From positions 34,162,001 through 34,226,000 of the forward strand of contig OX597815.1 of NCBI GenBank assembly GCA_951406725.2: a stretch of DNA of 64,000 nt, given 5' to 3'. The notes under the pieces are model-generated. The model was not told where the DNA came from. It saw only the letters and a program-made list of their open reading frames with translations, and did no database searches. Position numbers and translations under genes: made by a program. Of the stretch, positions 28,520 to 44,559 are shown piece by piece. This DNA is from Octopus vulgaris (Eukaryota). Position 1 is the first letter of the stretch. Every line of letters starts with the position of its first letter.

Positions 28520-29760
28520 CTGCCTGACCATCGAAACGCGTTCCTTCTACAAGAAGCAGAAGAGTATACGCTCCCGCGTAATCAGGACAAGGTACGACAG
28601 TCAAGTGATAGAAGATGACGGACGCGATATACGTGTTAGCTACTTCTGCCTGACTTTTCAGGGATAGCTTTCTCTCGGCCCATTTCTCTTTACTTCGTCC
28701 CAGTTTTTGTCCATCTGGAGGTCCGGACCGAACCAGATACCGAGCAATTTAACTGCTCCGTCCGTCCAGTGCGCAACGACGCAGTTGGACGGCATGGACT
28801 GGCTTTTCCAGGTGCCGAGCCGCAAGCCCACTGATTTTTCCTGGTTAATTGTCGCTCCTGAAACTCCATCGTAGTCCCCGAGAGTGGTGTTGATCATTTC
28901 TATGTGTTTATGGTCCGACACCACTACGGTAACATCGCAGTTATATGCCGACACGCATCTTCTACATCCTAGTTCACGCGGGATGCCTCTCAAAGCCTCC
29001 AGTTTGTGTAGTAATGGCTCGAGAGTCAGTTCATACAAGACACGAGAGGGGGCAACCCTGCCGGACTGAGTGCATGATGTTGAACGGCTCTGAGAGGCTC
29101 ACTGAGCATTGCAGCGATCCAGCCCCTGAATACAGGCCCGAAACCAGCTACTCTGAGGACCGCCACCACGTATAGATACTATCGATAGCTTTAGAGTAAT
29201 CTAAATTGATCAGAGCTCCACCCGTGTCAGGTTTTTTAGCCACTTTGTCAATGATGTATCGTATGAGGTGGAGATTGTCGTGGATAGATCTTTTCGGGAT
29301 AGCACATGTCTGTGCCTCCCCTAATATATCCCCGATGACAAGCACACACCTCGTAGCTAACTTCTTGGCCCAAATTTTGAACCAAAGTTGTGGGCATAAA
29401 GTTGTCAATATAATCTCCCTTGTTCGAATCTTTTCTCAACAACATCACCACTCCACGGCTCAAAAAACTGAAAACTCTCCCATTATGTTGTCATTTGCAG
29501 TAAACGTTTACAAAGAGGTTGCCGAACATGTTTGGCATGTAAGCGTAAAGCTCGTTGGGCAGACCATCCAAAGAAGGTGATTTACCCCTCGTGTAGCTAG
29601 CCATTGCTTTCCGTATTTCAAAGGCTGTGATAAACCTTTCGCAGTGCTCTGCCTCCATCGCCGAGAGCCGCGCCAGGCTGTCGAGATAGGTGTGAAATCC
29701 ATCCAGCGACCTGGCTCCTCGCTGCTCCAAACAATTCAGCAAATTGATCCTGGAAAATCG
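28520..29760 (-). pseudogene. L1/Tx1-clade LINE reverse transcriptase remnant
   Basis: KSPSLDGLPNELY, KIWAKKLA, QTCAIPKRSIHDNL, NLDYSKAID, QGCPLS..LEPLL, SAYNCD (degenerate YADD), SGATINQEKS, KLLGIWF across frameshifts. Confidence 0.85.
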
Positions 29761-29887
29761 TCCTTATTGCAAGATCCAGATTTTTCCAACCCATCACGGT
29801 GACTCCGCCTTCTGCTCCCAGACAACTTGGAGATGCGTAGCATATGACCTAAAGATAGTAAAAATGTTTCGGAAAAATTCTCCTCAT

Positions 29888-30245
29888 GAGTGGCTGTGTG
29901 GTAAGTAGCTTGCTTACCAATTACATGGTCCCGGGTTCAGTCTCACTGTGCGGCACCTTGGGAAAGTGTCTTCTATAGCTTCGAGCCGACCAAAGCCTTG
30001 TGAGTGGATTTGGTAGACGGAAACTGGAAGAAGCCCGTCGTATATGTATATATATATGTGTATGTATGTGTGTGTATATATTTGTGTCTGTCCCCCCAAC
30101 ATCGCTTGACAACTGATGCTGGTGTGTTTACGTCCCAGTAACTTAGCGGTTCGGTAAAATGGACCAATAGAATAAGTACTAGGCTTACAAAGAATAGGTG
30201 ATGCTCCAGCATGGACGCAGTCAAATGACTGAAATGAATGAAAAA
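29888..30245 (+). mobile_element. SINE family A with small internal deletion
   Basis: Homologous to 1637-2048. Confidence 0.85.
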
Positions 30246-31298
30246 AAACTGCAGTTTTAGTTTGTTTTGAATTAGCTGCATGTGTATATTATAATCATCG
30301 TTATCGGGATTGTTTATATAAGGAGATATCTGAGTGTCTTGTGGATGTAGTTACGATTATGGCTGAGATGTCTTCGCAGCATTATAGCCCCCGGGCAAAT
30401 TAATGCGCTGGGCCCTGCAGTATTTATTTACTGAGAACAAGCTACAAAATACGTAGCCCGGGATAGGATCGCCTGACCTGTGAGGCTACTGTTTAATGAG
30501 GCCCAGACCTTAAGATAATGGCGCTGTCCAAGATTTCGGCATTTTGTTTACATTTAGTTCGCTCTCTTCCATAGCAGTTTTGTCCAGTTTTGAACATCTT
30601 TTACATTTCGATGGACATCAAAGGAGTTAGAACAATAATAAAACATCTCTGATTATAAATTTTCGGACGACGAATGATACACATTGACGAAGCAACATCA
30701 TTGTGAAGAGGTTTCAGTTTACGTAGATTTTTCGTTTTACGTCCCTGTTTTTCTCAAATCGATGCATATTGCAGGTAGAAGGAAAGAATCACAGTTTCAT
30801 TTATTTATTTATTTATTGCACCGGAACATTTCTTTATTGAAATCGAAAGAGCACGTGAAGAAAAAAACAACACAAAAAAAAAACCTCACGGCGTCTTCGT
30901 TACCTTACCTTATTTGGTAAGTACAGTAAGTGTTGATATTGTTGTTATCGGTGTCAACTTTGATCATTAAAGTAAGACTGTATGTGTTAGGAATTCTCTT
31001 TTATCTACTAATTAATCTATAGACGTACATACCTCAATTCATGCTTACAAACATACATACGTACACAGCTGCATGAACGCATTTGTGCGAGTATACACAC
31101 AAACAGACAAACACACATATATATGTATATACATGTATAATGCTTATATAATAATTACATAACACGTGCATACATGCACATATACACGCACACACATATA
31201 TATATGCATGCAATATATACTAATATACATTTATGCATATATATGCATATGTACCTGCATATATATTATGCTTATGCATACAAACATACACACACATG

Positions 31299-31338
<40 letters not shown>

Positions 31339-31478
31339 TAGAGATAGATATAGATAGATAGATAGATAGATAGATAGATGCAGATATAGATATATACAAA
31401 CATCCATACATAGACTTACGTAGACATGTGCATGTATAACGACATGCATATATATATATATATATATCCAAGTAAGTT

Positions 31479-31520
<42 letters not shown>

Positions 31521-31799
31521 GCAAATATGGAGATATGTGCATCAATATAAACATACATACGGTCGTATATATACATACATACATGCAAATATATGTTAAT
31601 TAGTTGAGATACCCATATACTTACATATACAAATACCCCGGCTGCATATATATATGCATATCACACGTTTATAAGAATAGTGAAAAGAAGTAGTGTGTGT
31701 GTGTGCTGGGGGGAGAGGAATATCGCTGTTGATGGCGATGAGGCCGACGACAACGATGATGACGACGGCGACGGTAATATGAGGATAATGACGATAAAG

Positions 31800-31827
31800 G
31801 TGTTAATGGCAGTGACGATGACGCTTG

Positions 31828-31869
<42 letters not shown>

Positions 31870-31956
31870 CGATGACGATGATGGTAGTGGTGGTGGTAGT
31901 GGTGATGATGATGGTGATGGTGGAATGGTGGTGACAACGACGACGACGACGATGAC

Positions 31957-32006
<50 letters not shown>

Positions 32007-32049
32007 CAATGATGATGATGACGATGATGATGATGATGATGATGACGAC

Positions 32050-32081
<32 letters not shown>

Positions 32082-32086
32082 CAAGA

Positions 32087-32117
<31 letters not shown>

Positions 32118-32132
32118 CAAGAATGATGATGG

Positions 32133-32195
<63 letters not shown>

Positions 32196-32258
32196 CGACG
32201 ATGATGACAAGAATGATGCCGATGCTGATGATGATGATGATGACAAGAATGATGATGG

Positions 32259-32300
<42 letters not shown>

Positions 32301-32519
32301 CGACGATGATGACAAGAATGATGCCGATGCTGATGATGACAACGATGACGGTGATAATGATGAAGGTAATGAGAATTATGAAGTTTTTTTTTTTATGACG
32401 GTAGTGGTGATGATGATGATGATGATGATGATGACAATGATGATGATGACGATGATGATGATGATGATGATGACGACGATGATGATGATGATGATGATGA
32501 TGATGACAAGAACGACGAC

Positions 32520-32551
<32 letters not shown>

Positions 32552-32628
32552 CAATGATGATGATGACGATGATGATGATGATGATGATGACGACGATGAT
32601 GATGATGATGATGATGATGATGACAAGA

Positions 32629-32671
<43 letters not shown>

Positions 32672-32686
32672 CAAGAATGATGATGG

Positions 32687-32743
<57 letters not shown>

Positions 32744-32860
32744 CGACGATGATGACAAGAATGATGCCGATGCTGATGATGACAACGATGACGGTGATAA
32801 TGATGAAGGTAATGAGAATTATGAAGTTTTTTTTTTTTTTTATGACGGTAGTGGTAGTTA
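31800..32860. repeat. (GAT)n-based compound repeat with a ~440 bp higher-order tandem duplication
   Basis: Spacer gacaacgatgacggtgataatgatgaaggtaatgagaattatgaag(t)n occurs at ~32338 and ~32781. Confidence 0.9.
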
Positions 32861-33221
32861 TGGAGGAAGCGAAGTATCTGGAGATGTCGTCATTGATGAC
32901 GACGGCGAACAACTGTGATGATGAAAGTAATCTGCAATAACTATTGTTTAAATATTTTGGTGAGGTAGGATACCATTCAGGTGTGTGTGTGTGTGTGTGT
33001 GTGAGTGTGTGTGTGTATGCGCAAACGCGTACATATGAATGTGTATGTGTGAGTGTGAGTGTGTCTGTGTGTGTGTGTGTGTGTGTGAGGTTTGTGGAGT
33101 TTTATGGCGACAGAGTGGTGAGAGGAATAAAGAGAACAATTAGAGATGTGACAATAGAAAACATGCAATGTAACGATGTAGGAGAGAGAAAGAGAGAGAG
33201 AGAATAGTAGTAGTAGTAGTC

Positions 33222-33276
<55 letters not shown>

Positions 33277-33461
33277 AAAAACAATAGCTGCAACAACAAC
33301 AACAAAAAGGGACAAGAAGAACAACAATCATGATATCAAAAATTAAGAAGGGAAAACGGGAAGCGAGAAGCTGGAGACGTGGGAAAAGGGACCAGGCAAA
33401 GATGAAGAGAGAAAGAAAGGAGATGGAAAATTTTAAAAGTACAGAATGTGAAGAAGGATGG

Positions 33462-33497
<36 letters not shown>

Positions 33498-34237
33498 CGA
33501 CGATGATGACGATGATGACGACGACGACGGCGATGATGATAATGATGATGATGATGATGATGACGACGACGTTGATGATGACGACGTTGATGATGACGAC
33601 GACGACGATGATGATGATGATGATGATGATGATAAAGAGGGTGTGGAGGTGGAGAAGGAGGAGGTGAAGAGAGAAAAATCAAAGGAGCATCAACAACGAC
33701 AAAAATGAAGCTGAAGGCAGATAAAAAAAAACAAGGAAAATAAGGACAGGTGAAGTGACTGAAAAAGTAGGAAAAGAAGGTAAAAAGAAAATGACAAGAG
33801 GAGGGTGGAAAAACGGAAACAGGGAAGAAAAACGAAAAGAAGCTGAAAAAGAGATATGAGAATGGCAAGATGAAATCTATAAGGGAAAATGTTGAATTAA
33901 AAATGAAAGAGTAATTTGGAGAGTGAGTCATGCAACAGCAGATAAACACAAGTTGCAAATATGTTTGTTGCATAGGGTGACGTCAAGTGAAGGAGTTTAT
34001 TTAGACGTATAGAGATATACTGTTTCCAGTTGGGAAACGGGAAAAACAACAACAAAAGTCAAATGGACGTGCACGGAATATATTTTAGATTGACGCCCAG
34101 AGAAAGTTTTAGAGTGAAAAAAAAAAAGAGTGGGTGTGACGTTTTGGAGTATGGTCCTTCATCAGAAAGAGGAAAGGGGAAAAAGTCCAGGCAGAAAGAA
34201 AAGAATACCGAGAAAAGCACGTGTGCTCTTTACATTG

Positions 34238-34366
<129 letters not shown>

Positions 34367-34455
34367 CATCTATCTATCTATTTATCTATCTATCTACTTA
34401 CACACACGTGTATGTGTGCTTGCATGTATGTGTAAATAGAAAGATAGATAGATAG

Positions 34456-34534
<79 letters not shown>

Positions 34535-34690
34535 GAGATGGTTGTCTGCTCAATACACAGCTTGACCACTTCTGTATACACGATGGTCAGTTCTGGCATG
34601 AAGACTTATGAAAAGTTTTAGACCAGAAATACTTTATATATATATATCGTATTCTTAATATATTGGAAAGGAGTAATTGTCCTGATACGA

Positions 34691-34801
<111 letters not shown>

Positions 34802-34802
34802 T

Positions 34803-35183
34803 ATCGTCTGAACTTCTACGGATTCTACCTGTCCCCTCTCATCACCCACGAAGTTCTACTGGACTTTCTACACTTCAGCTGCACCTCTCCTGCCTATGGA
34901 TTACACTGGACTCCTCTGTTGATGAAATATCGCTCCAATACACCACAACGTCTGGAGCTTTTGAACCTTTTGAACTTTTCGCAACTTTTTTTATACTTTC
35001 TAAGCTTTTTTGCCATGATAGATCGCTAGCTACTGCGCATTCTTTATTTTCTCTCCTTGTTTCTTTCTGTGTTCCTTTCTGTGGAAGAGCGTAGGCTCGA
35101 AACGTTAAAGACTTTCTCACTTCCCGAACGTTATACTAATTGTCTACATCACCTGTCTTCGCCTTTATTTTTTCGTGAATTCT

Positions 35184-35187
<4 letters not shown>
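34803..35187 (+). mobile_element. Probable PLE 3'-terminal fragment between (TA)n tracts with a variant hammerhead (35075-35110)
   Basis: cttt-CTGTGGA-a-gagc-gtag-gctc-GAAA-cg-TT-aaag; same layout as the 16776 motif. Confidence 0.55.
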
Positions 35188-35275
<88 letters not shown>

Positions 35276-36431
35276 GTAGTTAGAAGAATATAGGCAGGAG
35301 AATAATGTTCACAATTAATCTTTTTCCAGAGGACATGAATATTGGTGGGTACCTCTATGAAGGTACAGGTCCTAAGTTAAAATACCAGGTAAACCCAGAC
35401 GGTATTTTAGTAGTATTTTGAGTGAGGTATTCATATTGAGGCGATAGATAGTATGTAAATGTGTATATAGAACGAAAAATTAAGATGGGTATAAATGGGT
35501 TTTGTGAGTGGGTGTATATGGGAGAGAGAAGAGAAAGGGAGAGAGAAAGAGGAGAAAGAGAGAAAGAGAGAGAGGAGAGAGGGATAAAAATAAGATAGAG
35601 ATAAAGGTAAAAATACGAATAAAAATAAAAAAGGGAGATTAGTGCTGAATATGATGATGATGAAGAGGAGGAGGAGGGTGATGAGGATGGTTACTAAGGT
35701 TACTGACTAGCATCAGAAACTATGGTTATTTGGGGGAAACAAAATGAAATGGTTTAAATAAATGAAAATAGTGTCATTCCTGAGAGTTTAGAATCTACAT
35801 TTATACCTGGCTTTCTTTCTCTTTACTCACTGAATTCTGATTTGTATTTTTAAATGTCAAATAGCATTTAAAGAAATTCCGTAGAAAACCTCTCCAAATT
35901 ACGACAATATGCAACCAAGTATTTTACATCTACTCACGCACATTCTCACGATTATTAACAAATTCCTGTTCCATAGTTTCGCACACAATTGTTTCGTCCA
36001 AAGTCTTGATATGATTCTGAGCAACCGTTTCACGATTCCTCCACTCGTAAGAGATTTTCAGTTGGATCCCTGGTACACGAAGCCACTGTATTTGAAGCTT
36101 TACACCAGTAATACACAAAATATTTTAACAATTTTTTTATACAATCCCTAATATCTAATAATGAAAAATATAAGATTTTTTTCTTTTTTTTACATGGGAG
36201 TACATCAGAGTAAAATACGAAACAAAGAGGTCCACAGGGAAAAGATAGTTGAGAATCACTGCTTTACGCGAACATTAACCTCCAATACTTCAAGGTGATA
36301 ATATATTTCTTTTACGCTACTAATTCGTATTTCCTCATGAATTGCCTTCAAAATTCCTTTGAAACTGGCCGTCAGCAATTTCAAAGGCCAATAAATTTCC
36401 AATACACACACTAGTAGCTTTTTTTCTCATC

Positions 36432-36462
<31 letters not shown>

Positions 36463-36719
36463 TATTGAAATGTTAGTTATGATTAGAAGAGTTTCGGTTA
36501 AATGCGGTGACGAATAATGTAAAAATCAAAGATCAATATATGTAACTAGATAAATTATTCATAAACGCACAAAGTGCTTGAACTGTATAAACCTGTTCTC
36601 CCTTGGCCTGTAGGATATTTGTTACTTGGGATTAGAGGTCAGCAAGCAGTTTTTGTTATATACGTCACGTACCTCTTCGAAACCAACAACGATGACGATG
36701 ACAACAATAGCAACGAAAA

Positions 36720-36728
36720 CTACTACTA

Positions 36729-36764
<36 letters not shown>

Positions 36765-36796
36765 ATATTACTACTGCTACTACTACTACTGCTACA

Positions 36797-36862
<66 letters not shown>

Positions 36863-37572
36863 AACACTACTACTGCTGCTGCTGCGGCTTCTGTATTGCT
36901 GCTGCTAATGGTGGTGGTGGTGGTGAGATGACGATGATGATGATGATGACGATGATGATGATGATGACGATGATGATGATGATGGAGATGATGATATTGG
37001 TGATGATAATGTTTGTAATGGAAACAACAGCATTAACCAAAAGACAAAAACAATGTCGATTGTGCTGATGAAGAATGAATGTTTTATGAAGCGTGAAATC
37101 ATGTGTAAGTGTGTATGCATGCATGCATGTATGTATGTATGTATGTATGTATGTATGCATGTATGTATGCATGTATGTATGTATGTATGTATGTATGTAT
37201 GTATGTATCTGTGTGTATGTATGTATGCATGTATGTATGTATGCATGTATGTATGTATGTATGTATATATGTATGTATGTATGTATGTATGCATGCATGT
37301 ATGTATGCATGTATGTATGTATGTATGTATGTATGTATGTATGTATGTATGTATGTATGTATGTATGTATGTATGTATGTATGTATGTATGTATGTATGT
37401 ATGTATTTCTGTGCGCGTGTATGCATGTTTTCATACATTCATATATGTCCGTATGTATGTCTGTAAGTATATGCATATATGTCTGTATGTATGTATGTAT
37501 GTATGTATCTATCTAGCTAGCTATCTGTTTGTCTGCCTATCTGTCTGTCTGTTTGACTACCCATCTATCTAA

Positions 37573-37652
<80 letters not shown>
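36720..37652. repeat. Compound microsatellite block (TAC)n, (GAT)n, (TATG)n, (TATC)n
   Basis: Directly visible. Confidence 0.95.
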
Positions 37653-37654
<2 letters not shown>

Positions 37655-38043
37655 CTGAGCTCGTGAATATTTACCATTACTAGCCAAGGTAGCTATCATT
37701 CGGTAGGAGTGAAAGAGAACCGGCCAAAAGGTAAACCTGCCTGCCCCCTCCCTCTTTTTTACTTTCTTTTTTCTTTCATTTTCTCAGCCCCTCATATATA
37801 ACTTTTGCGAGTAGAGGGATTATTGACTTGGAGGTTTCGGCCTACCTGACATTTATCAGATTGTTTGAAGCAGGCTAATAGTGCGAAATTTCGAAGTCAC
37901 TGCGACCTCTCTACTTGTAACAGTTTTGTAAAGATGTACTCTATTGAACATTATTGAATGATTCTTCAGTTTAATTTAAAATTGTTTTCATATATAACTT
38001 GACATGGAAAGAAACATTAATATACATACACACACACACATGC

Positions 38044-38080
<37 letters not shown>

Positions 38081-38087
<7 letters not shown>

Positions 38088-38370
38088 ATCACGTGACCGA
38101 CCAGACCATCAGATGTTGTTACACATCGCTGGTCACAATGCGTTCGCATTGTTTTAGCCTTCAATGACGCCACCCCGCTGGCGAAGCGAGCAGGCCAACA
38201 GAAGAAAGAGTGGGAGAAAGAGTACAGCAGGGATCTCCACCCCCTGCCGGAGCCTCGTGGAGCTTTTAGGTGTTTTCGCTCAATAAACACACACAACACC
38301 CGGTCTGGGAATCGAAACCGCGATCCTGCGATCGCTAATCCGCTGCCCTAACCACTAGGCCATTCTGCCA
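38081..38370 (-). mobile_element. SINE family C, tail type 2, inserted in (TA)n
   Basis: Tail ..ggtcacgtgatcacgtga abuts (TA)n; head abuts (TA)n. Confidence 0.88.
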
Positions 38371-38617
<247 letters not shown>

Positions 38618-38870
38618 ATTCAATGGAGACAAGAAGTGGAACGAACAGACAAATCGAAACGAACCTGACGCGAGGCGCTGTCAGACAATAATGTGATAAA
38701 TAAAAATATATGCATACATACAAACATATATGTACGTACCTACATCTACATGTATATATACATGCATATATAAATAAATATATGTAAGTACAGGACGCCA
38801 CAACAAGACGTAGAAACGGGAAAAACAAAAAAAAATTTACGACAAGTACAGGACAGGCTACACAAGGAAA

Positions 38871-38940
<70 letters not shown>

Positions 38941-39191
38941 TATACATATACACATCATTTAAATGATTATGTCCTCAATATATAATTATATATAATTTTG
39001 AGTTCTCTAGTAATTATATTTTGCTGCAGTACTATATTGAACCCGGCATGATTTCTGACATTAACTACATGACTGAGATGGGCGATTAGATATAATGTAT
39101 ACGCGGGAAATGCATGTATATATTGGTATATATACGCAGAAATTTATCCGCATGTATGTGTATTATTCGCTAATATATTGTCTGTGTATCT

Positions 39192-39246
39192 CTACTGAAG
39201 AGTGTAAAGTGATTTTTATTACAGAACACGAAATATTAAGATATAG
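39192..39246 (+). ncRNA. Type-I hammerhead ribozyme motif with intact core
   Basis: cta-CTGAAGA-gtgt-(loop)-acac-GAAAT-attaag-ATA-tag; all three stems pair, stem III loop near-palindromic. Confidence 0.65.
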
Positions 39247-39504
39247 TGTTATCCCCGAAATGTTTGTAAATCTTCCTGCCCATTATCTCGCATTCGGCCT
39301 TGTGTTGCAATTAAAATAGAGAAGAAATTTAGAGTGGCTTGTAGACATTTGACATGTACTTGTAGCCTATAGGCGTTGGCACTCCAGTGCCCTTAATTAT
39401 AATTATATTTCTATAATTATATACTTAAAAATTAATTTTACCGATATAGTGGTTTTTATGCGCTGGCCACTGATATAATCATTTTAATGGTTATATTCTC
39501 AATT

Positions 39505-39607
<103 letters not shown>

Positions 39608-39903
39608 ATATATGCACACGCACATAGGTAAAATAAGGATAAACACTTATTTCATTTTGACGTTCTTAGGTGCATTTCCCCATTACGGTTGTTTGGAAAC
39701 CAGCAATGGAATTTCCAAATGCTGTTAATCACAGTTATGTATAAACTGATATAATAAAGTGTTCCCTGGGGTTCGTTTGTAGTTGAGTATCTATATGCAA
39801 ATGGAACATCTGTCGCAAGGCCCCAAACAACCATAATGACGAAACGCGCGTAAAATTTTTAATATGGAATAAATTTGTGTTCATCATTATTTCTCAGACA
39901 TTT

Positions 39904-40295
39904 AAGGCGGCGAGCTGGCGGAAACGCTAGCACGCCGGGCGAGATGTTTAGCGGTATTTCGTCTGTTTTACGTTCTGAAATTCCACCGAGGTCGACTTTG
40001 CCTTTCATTCTTTCAGAGTCGATAAATTAAGTACCAGTTACGCACTTGGGGTCAATGTAATCGACTTAATCCGTTTGTCTGTCCTTGTTTGTCCTCTCTG
40101 TGTTTAGCCCCTTGTGGGAAATAAAGAAATAGGTATTTCGTCTGTTTTACGTTCTGAAATTCCACTGAGGTCGACTTTGCCTTTCATTCTTTCAGAGTCG
40201 ATAAATAAGTACCAGTTGCATACTGAAGTCAATGTGATCGACTGGTCCCCACCCCAAAAATTGCAGGCCTTGTGCCTAGAGTAGAAGAGATCATT
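39904..40295 (+). mobile_element. SINE family B dimer (tail 1 unit followed by tail 2 unit)
   Basis: Full head taaggcggcgagctggcg..; junction aagaaatag|gtatttcgtc at ~40132. Confidence 0.88.
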
Positions 40296-40450
40296 TCTCA
40301 TACATTTGCTCTGCAGCTCATAACTAGAAAAATATTCCGTATCGAAGTTACTTAACAATTCTACAGAAAGTAGACTGGATTATGAAAATCTTTGTGGAGC
40401 TCTAAATATAACAGTAGCAGTTGTACGTCTATTTATGAACACAATTTCTA

Positions 40451-40481
<31 letters not shown>

Positions 40482-40507
40482 TACACACACACACACATGT
40501 ACAACAT

Positions 40508-40818
40508 GGAGGCGAAATGGCCCAGTGGTTAGGGCAGCGAACTCGCGGTCGTAGGATCGCGGTTTCGATTCCCAGACCGGGCGTTGTGAGTGTTTATTGA
40601 GCGAAAACACCTAAAGCTCCGTGAGGCTCTGGCAGGGGGTGGTAGCGATCCCTGCTGTACTCTTTCGTCACAACTTTCTCTCACTCTTTCTTCTGTTGGC
40701 CTGCTCGCTTAGCCAGCGGGGTGGCGTCATTTGAAGGCTAAAACAATGCGAAGCGTATTGTGACCAGCGATGTGTAGCAACATCTGGTAGCCTGGGCGGT
40801 CACGTGACGTGACGTGAT
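40508..40818 (+). mobile_element. SINE family C, tail type 2
   Basis: Same head; ends ggtcacgtgacgtgacgtga then TA. Confidence 0.88.
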
Positions 40819-40867
40819 ATATGTACAACACACACATGATACACATGTATGTATACGTATATGCATA

Positions 40868-41170
40868 TAACGACAGTCTTTCATTGTCCGAGAAAGACGG
40901 TTCTGCAATTTCTTACGGAACACAAGCTGCACACATTATAAGTTTATAGTGATCAAATGAACGTGCTGTACATTGGCTCATTCACTCCCTTCAAATTGAC
41001 GTTGCCTGAACAGATACACAGTGTTACATATGTCAAGTGCCGAGTGTGAGCGAAGAGCAACGTGAGATGAGGTGCTTTGCCCAAGAACACAACGCATCAC
41101 CCGGTCCAGGAATTGAAACCACAATCTCGAAATCGTAAGTGTAATACCATAACCACTAGGCTATACGCAC
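40868..41170 (-). mobile_element. SINE family E
   Basis: Reverse-complement homology to 22297-22600. Confidence 0.65.
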
Positions 41171-41216
41171 TTACACACACATTCACTCACACGCATTCAC
41201 ACACACACACACACAC

Positions 41217-41259
<43 letters not shown>

Positions 41260-41553
41260 CACACACCACACACATACTTGATACAGTCACAATGTGTAAA
41301 GATTCTTAAAAGTTATTAACCATTAAAACATTTAAGATTATTTTTGAAAAACTGAATGACACGAACCTTTTGGGAAAAGACGTTTTCGTATTGTGTGGAA
41401 GCGCTTTCGTTGTTCAGCTTTTGAAACACACACACGCTTTCATGAACACACACACACACACACACACACATATCTACGTATATATTTGTGTGTGTGTGTG
41501 TTTGTGCGTAAATATCTATCTATCCATCTATCTGTCTGTCTATCTATCTATCC

Positions 41554-42135
<582 letters not shown>

Positions 42136-42262
42136 TATCTATCTATCTGTCTGTCTGTCTGTCTGTCTGTCTGTATGTCTGTCTGCCTGCCTGTCTGTCT
42201 GTCTGTCTGTCTATCTATTTATCTATCAGTATGTCTGTCTGTCTGTCTGCCTGTCTGCCTGC

Positions 42263-42297
<35 letters not shown>

Positions 42298-43040
42298 TCT
42301 ATCTATTTATCTATCAGTATGTCTGTCTGTCTGTCTGTCGGTTCCTCCGTCCGCTGTCTGTTTGTCTGTCTGTTGTTTGTTTGTCTATATGTCTGTCTAT
42401 CTCTCTCTCTCTCTCTCTCTCTCTATCTAGCTATCTGTCTACATATATATATATATATATATATATACATATCAAATTCCTGAATGTGTCTGTATGTATA
42501 CCTGTATGTGACCAATATGACACTCGCTTATATACTATACCATGTAAATCGACCCAGCAGTTACCTTAATTATTCATGCCATATTACTTTCACATGTAAC
42601 TTAACTCTTCAGTCACATTTTTCATACAGTATTTCTTTTAACAGTTGTTCCAACCATCGCGTTACTAAATCTGTACCATTTCAATAGTTAATTTGATAGA
42701 GATTTTACACGATAACTTTAATATCTTATACGTTTATTGCTCCACTAGTCACATTATTTTCGTATATTCTACTGGTAATTCTCTTTCATAGTATGTAAGT
42801 TCAAAGTAAATAAACAATTGCGATTTTTAATATGAGTATTAAGCCCATAAAGTTGAAAGGAAGGCTAAATGCCAAGTCATAGATATTCATAACTTCATCA
42901 TCACTATATAAATTACACGTTATTAGTAATACTAGATACTGTGGACTAAATTATTGTTGAGAAAGTTGGGTTTGCCGTAAGGGACCTTCACACTACACCC
43001 AGAACATCTATATCTATTTATCTCTCTCTCTCTCTCTTTT

Positions 43041-43121
<81 letters not shown>

Positions 43122-43350
43122 TAGATAGATATGTATATACGTGTGTCTGTATATATGCATGTATGCATGGATGTATGTATATATATATGTTTATATATAT
43201 ATATGTATGTATATATGTATATATATATATATGTATGTATGTATATATGTATATATATATATGTATATACATATGTATATATGTAATATGTAATATGTAT
43301 ATAAGTATATATGTGTATGTATGTAATATGTGATATATATATATATATAT

Positions 43351-43449
<99 letters not shown>

Positions 43450-44306
43450 TGGATATAGAAACCCATTATCTGTCCGAAAATGTCAGAAATGTTAAAATTC
43501 TAAAGAGACGACGGTCACATTACCGTAGAATAAAACTCCATTCGGAGTCAAAACTGTCCTTGTGGAAGTATTTCAAAAAATTACCCATGAAGCTAAGTAG
43601 CTTCGTATGTTTGAAAGCAAGGAAAGTTTGAAGAACATTCTAGTTAAATTCTCTATCAAATGCAGGAATAAGAAAAGAAATATTGTTGTCAAAAACAGAA
43701 AGAGAAAATGATACTGCGGTGGAAGTCAGTAGGCAAGTCAAAAATAAATGTCACATAAAATTTCAATGAAAATGAGAATATGAATGATTGAATGATGGAG
43801 CGCCTAGCACAATTATATGCAGAATATAAGTTTTCATTCATATATAATATCTTTTGGTACATGAGTATATAGATGAACGAAATTTCTACTCGGTAACCTC
43901 AAGGAAGTTGGTACTCTTATTGACAAAGAGCGAAATGGGTCGTGCGAATTCTTCAACATTTACCCATTAGCGAGACACAGTTTATATATAAAACTTTCTG
44001 GAAAAATCTGATTCTGATTCTCTAAAGATTTCTTTTTTTTTTCTTGCGTTTGAATACAAAGGAATCTTGTCTCTTGTTCATTCGGATAGACGCAGAGCTT
44101 AATAAAGAAACTTACTGTGGCCAAAATACATATACATTTCTGCATCAGATGTTATATATTGATTTCTTACATTGGCACAAACCGTCAGATTTACATAGGA
44201 AATGAAGTTGCGTGACAATGATACTTTACAAACTTACACACAGCTATACGTATGAAGGTATTTGAATATCTATGTGTATTTCTTTGTCTGAATAAATACT
44301 CCCCAC

Positions 44307-44359
<53 letters not shown>

Positions 44360-44559
44360 TGTGTAGTTATTTATATGGGCCAACCTAGACACATACATGT
44401 ATACATATTGTATGTGTGTGTGTTTAGTTTTTCTTCTTAAAGTGTGGCCACATCTTACGCCTCATACCTGGGAATTGGAAATACGTAGATGCACGAGTAT
44501 GCTTATATATAAATACACGCAAAGTTCATACCCCTCCCATATATATATATATATATAAT

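Noticed and set aside
39836-39860. GAAAC-GCGC-GTA half-hammerhead
   Set aside because: No CUGANGA partner found upstream; at best a remnant
43449-43631. SLWKYFKK..C peptide reminiscent of a BED zinc finger (hAT)
   Set aside because: Remaining Cys/His ligands and any transposase motifs are missing
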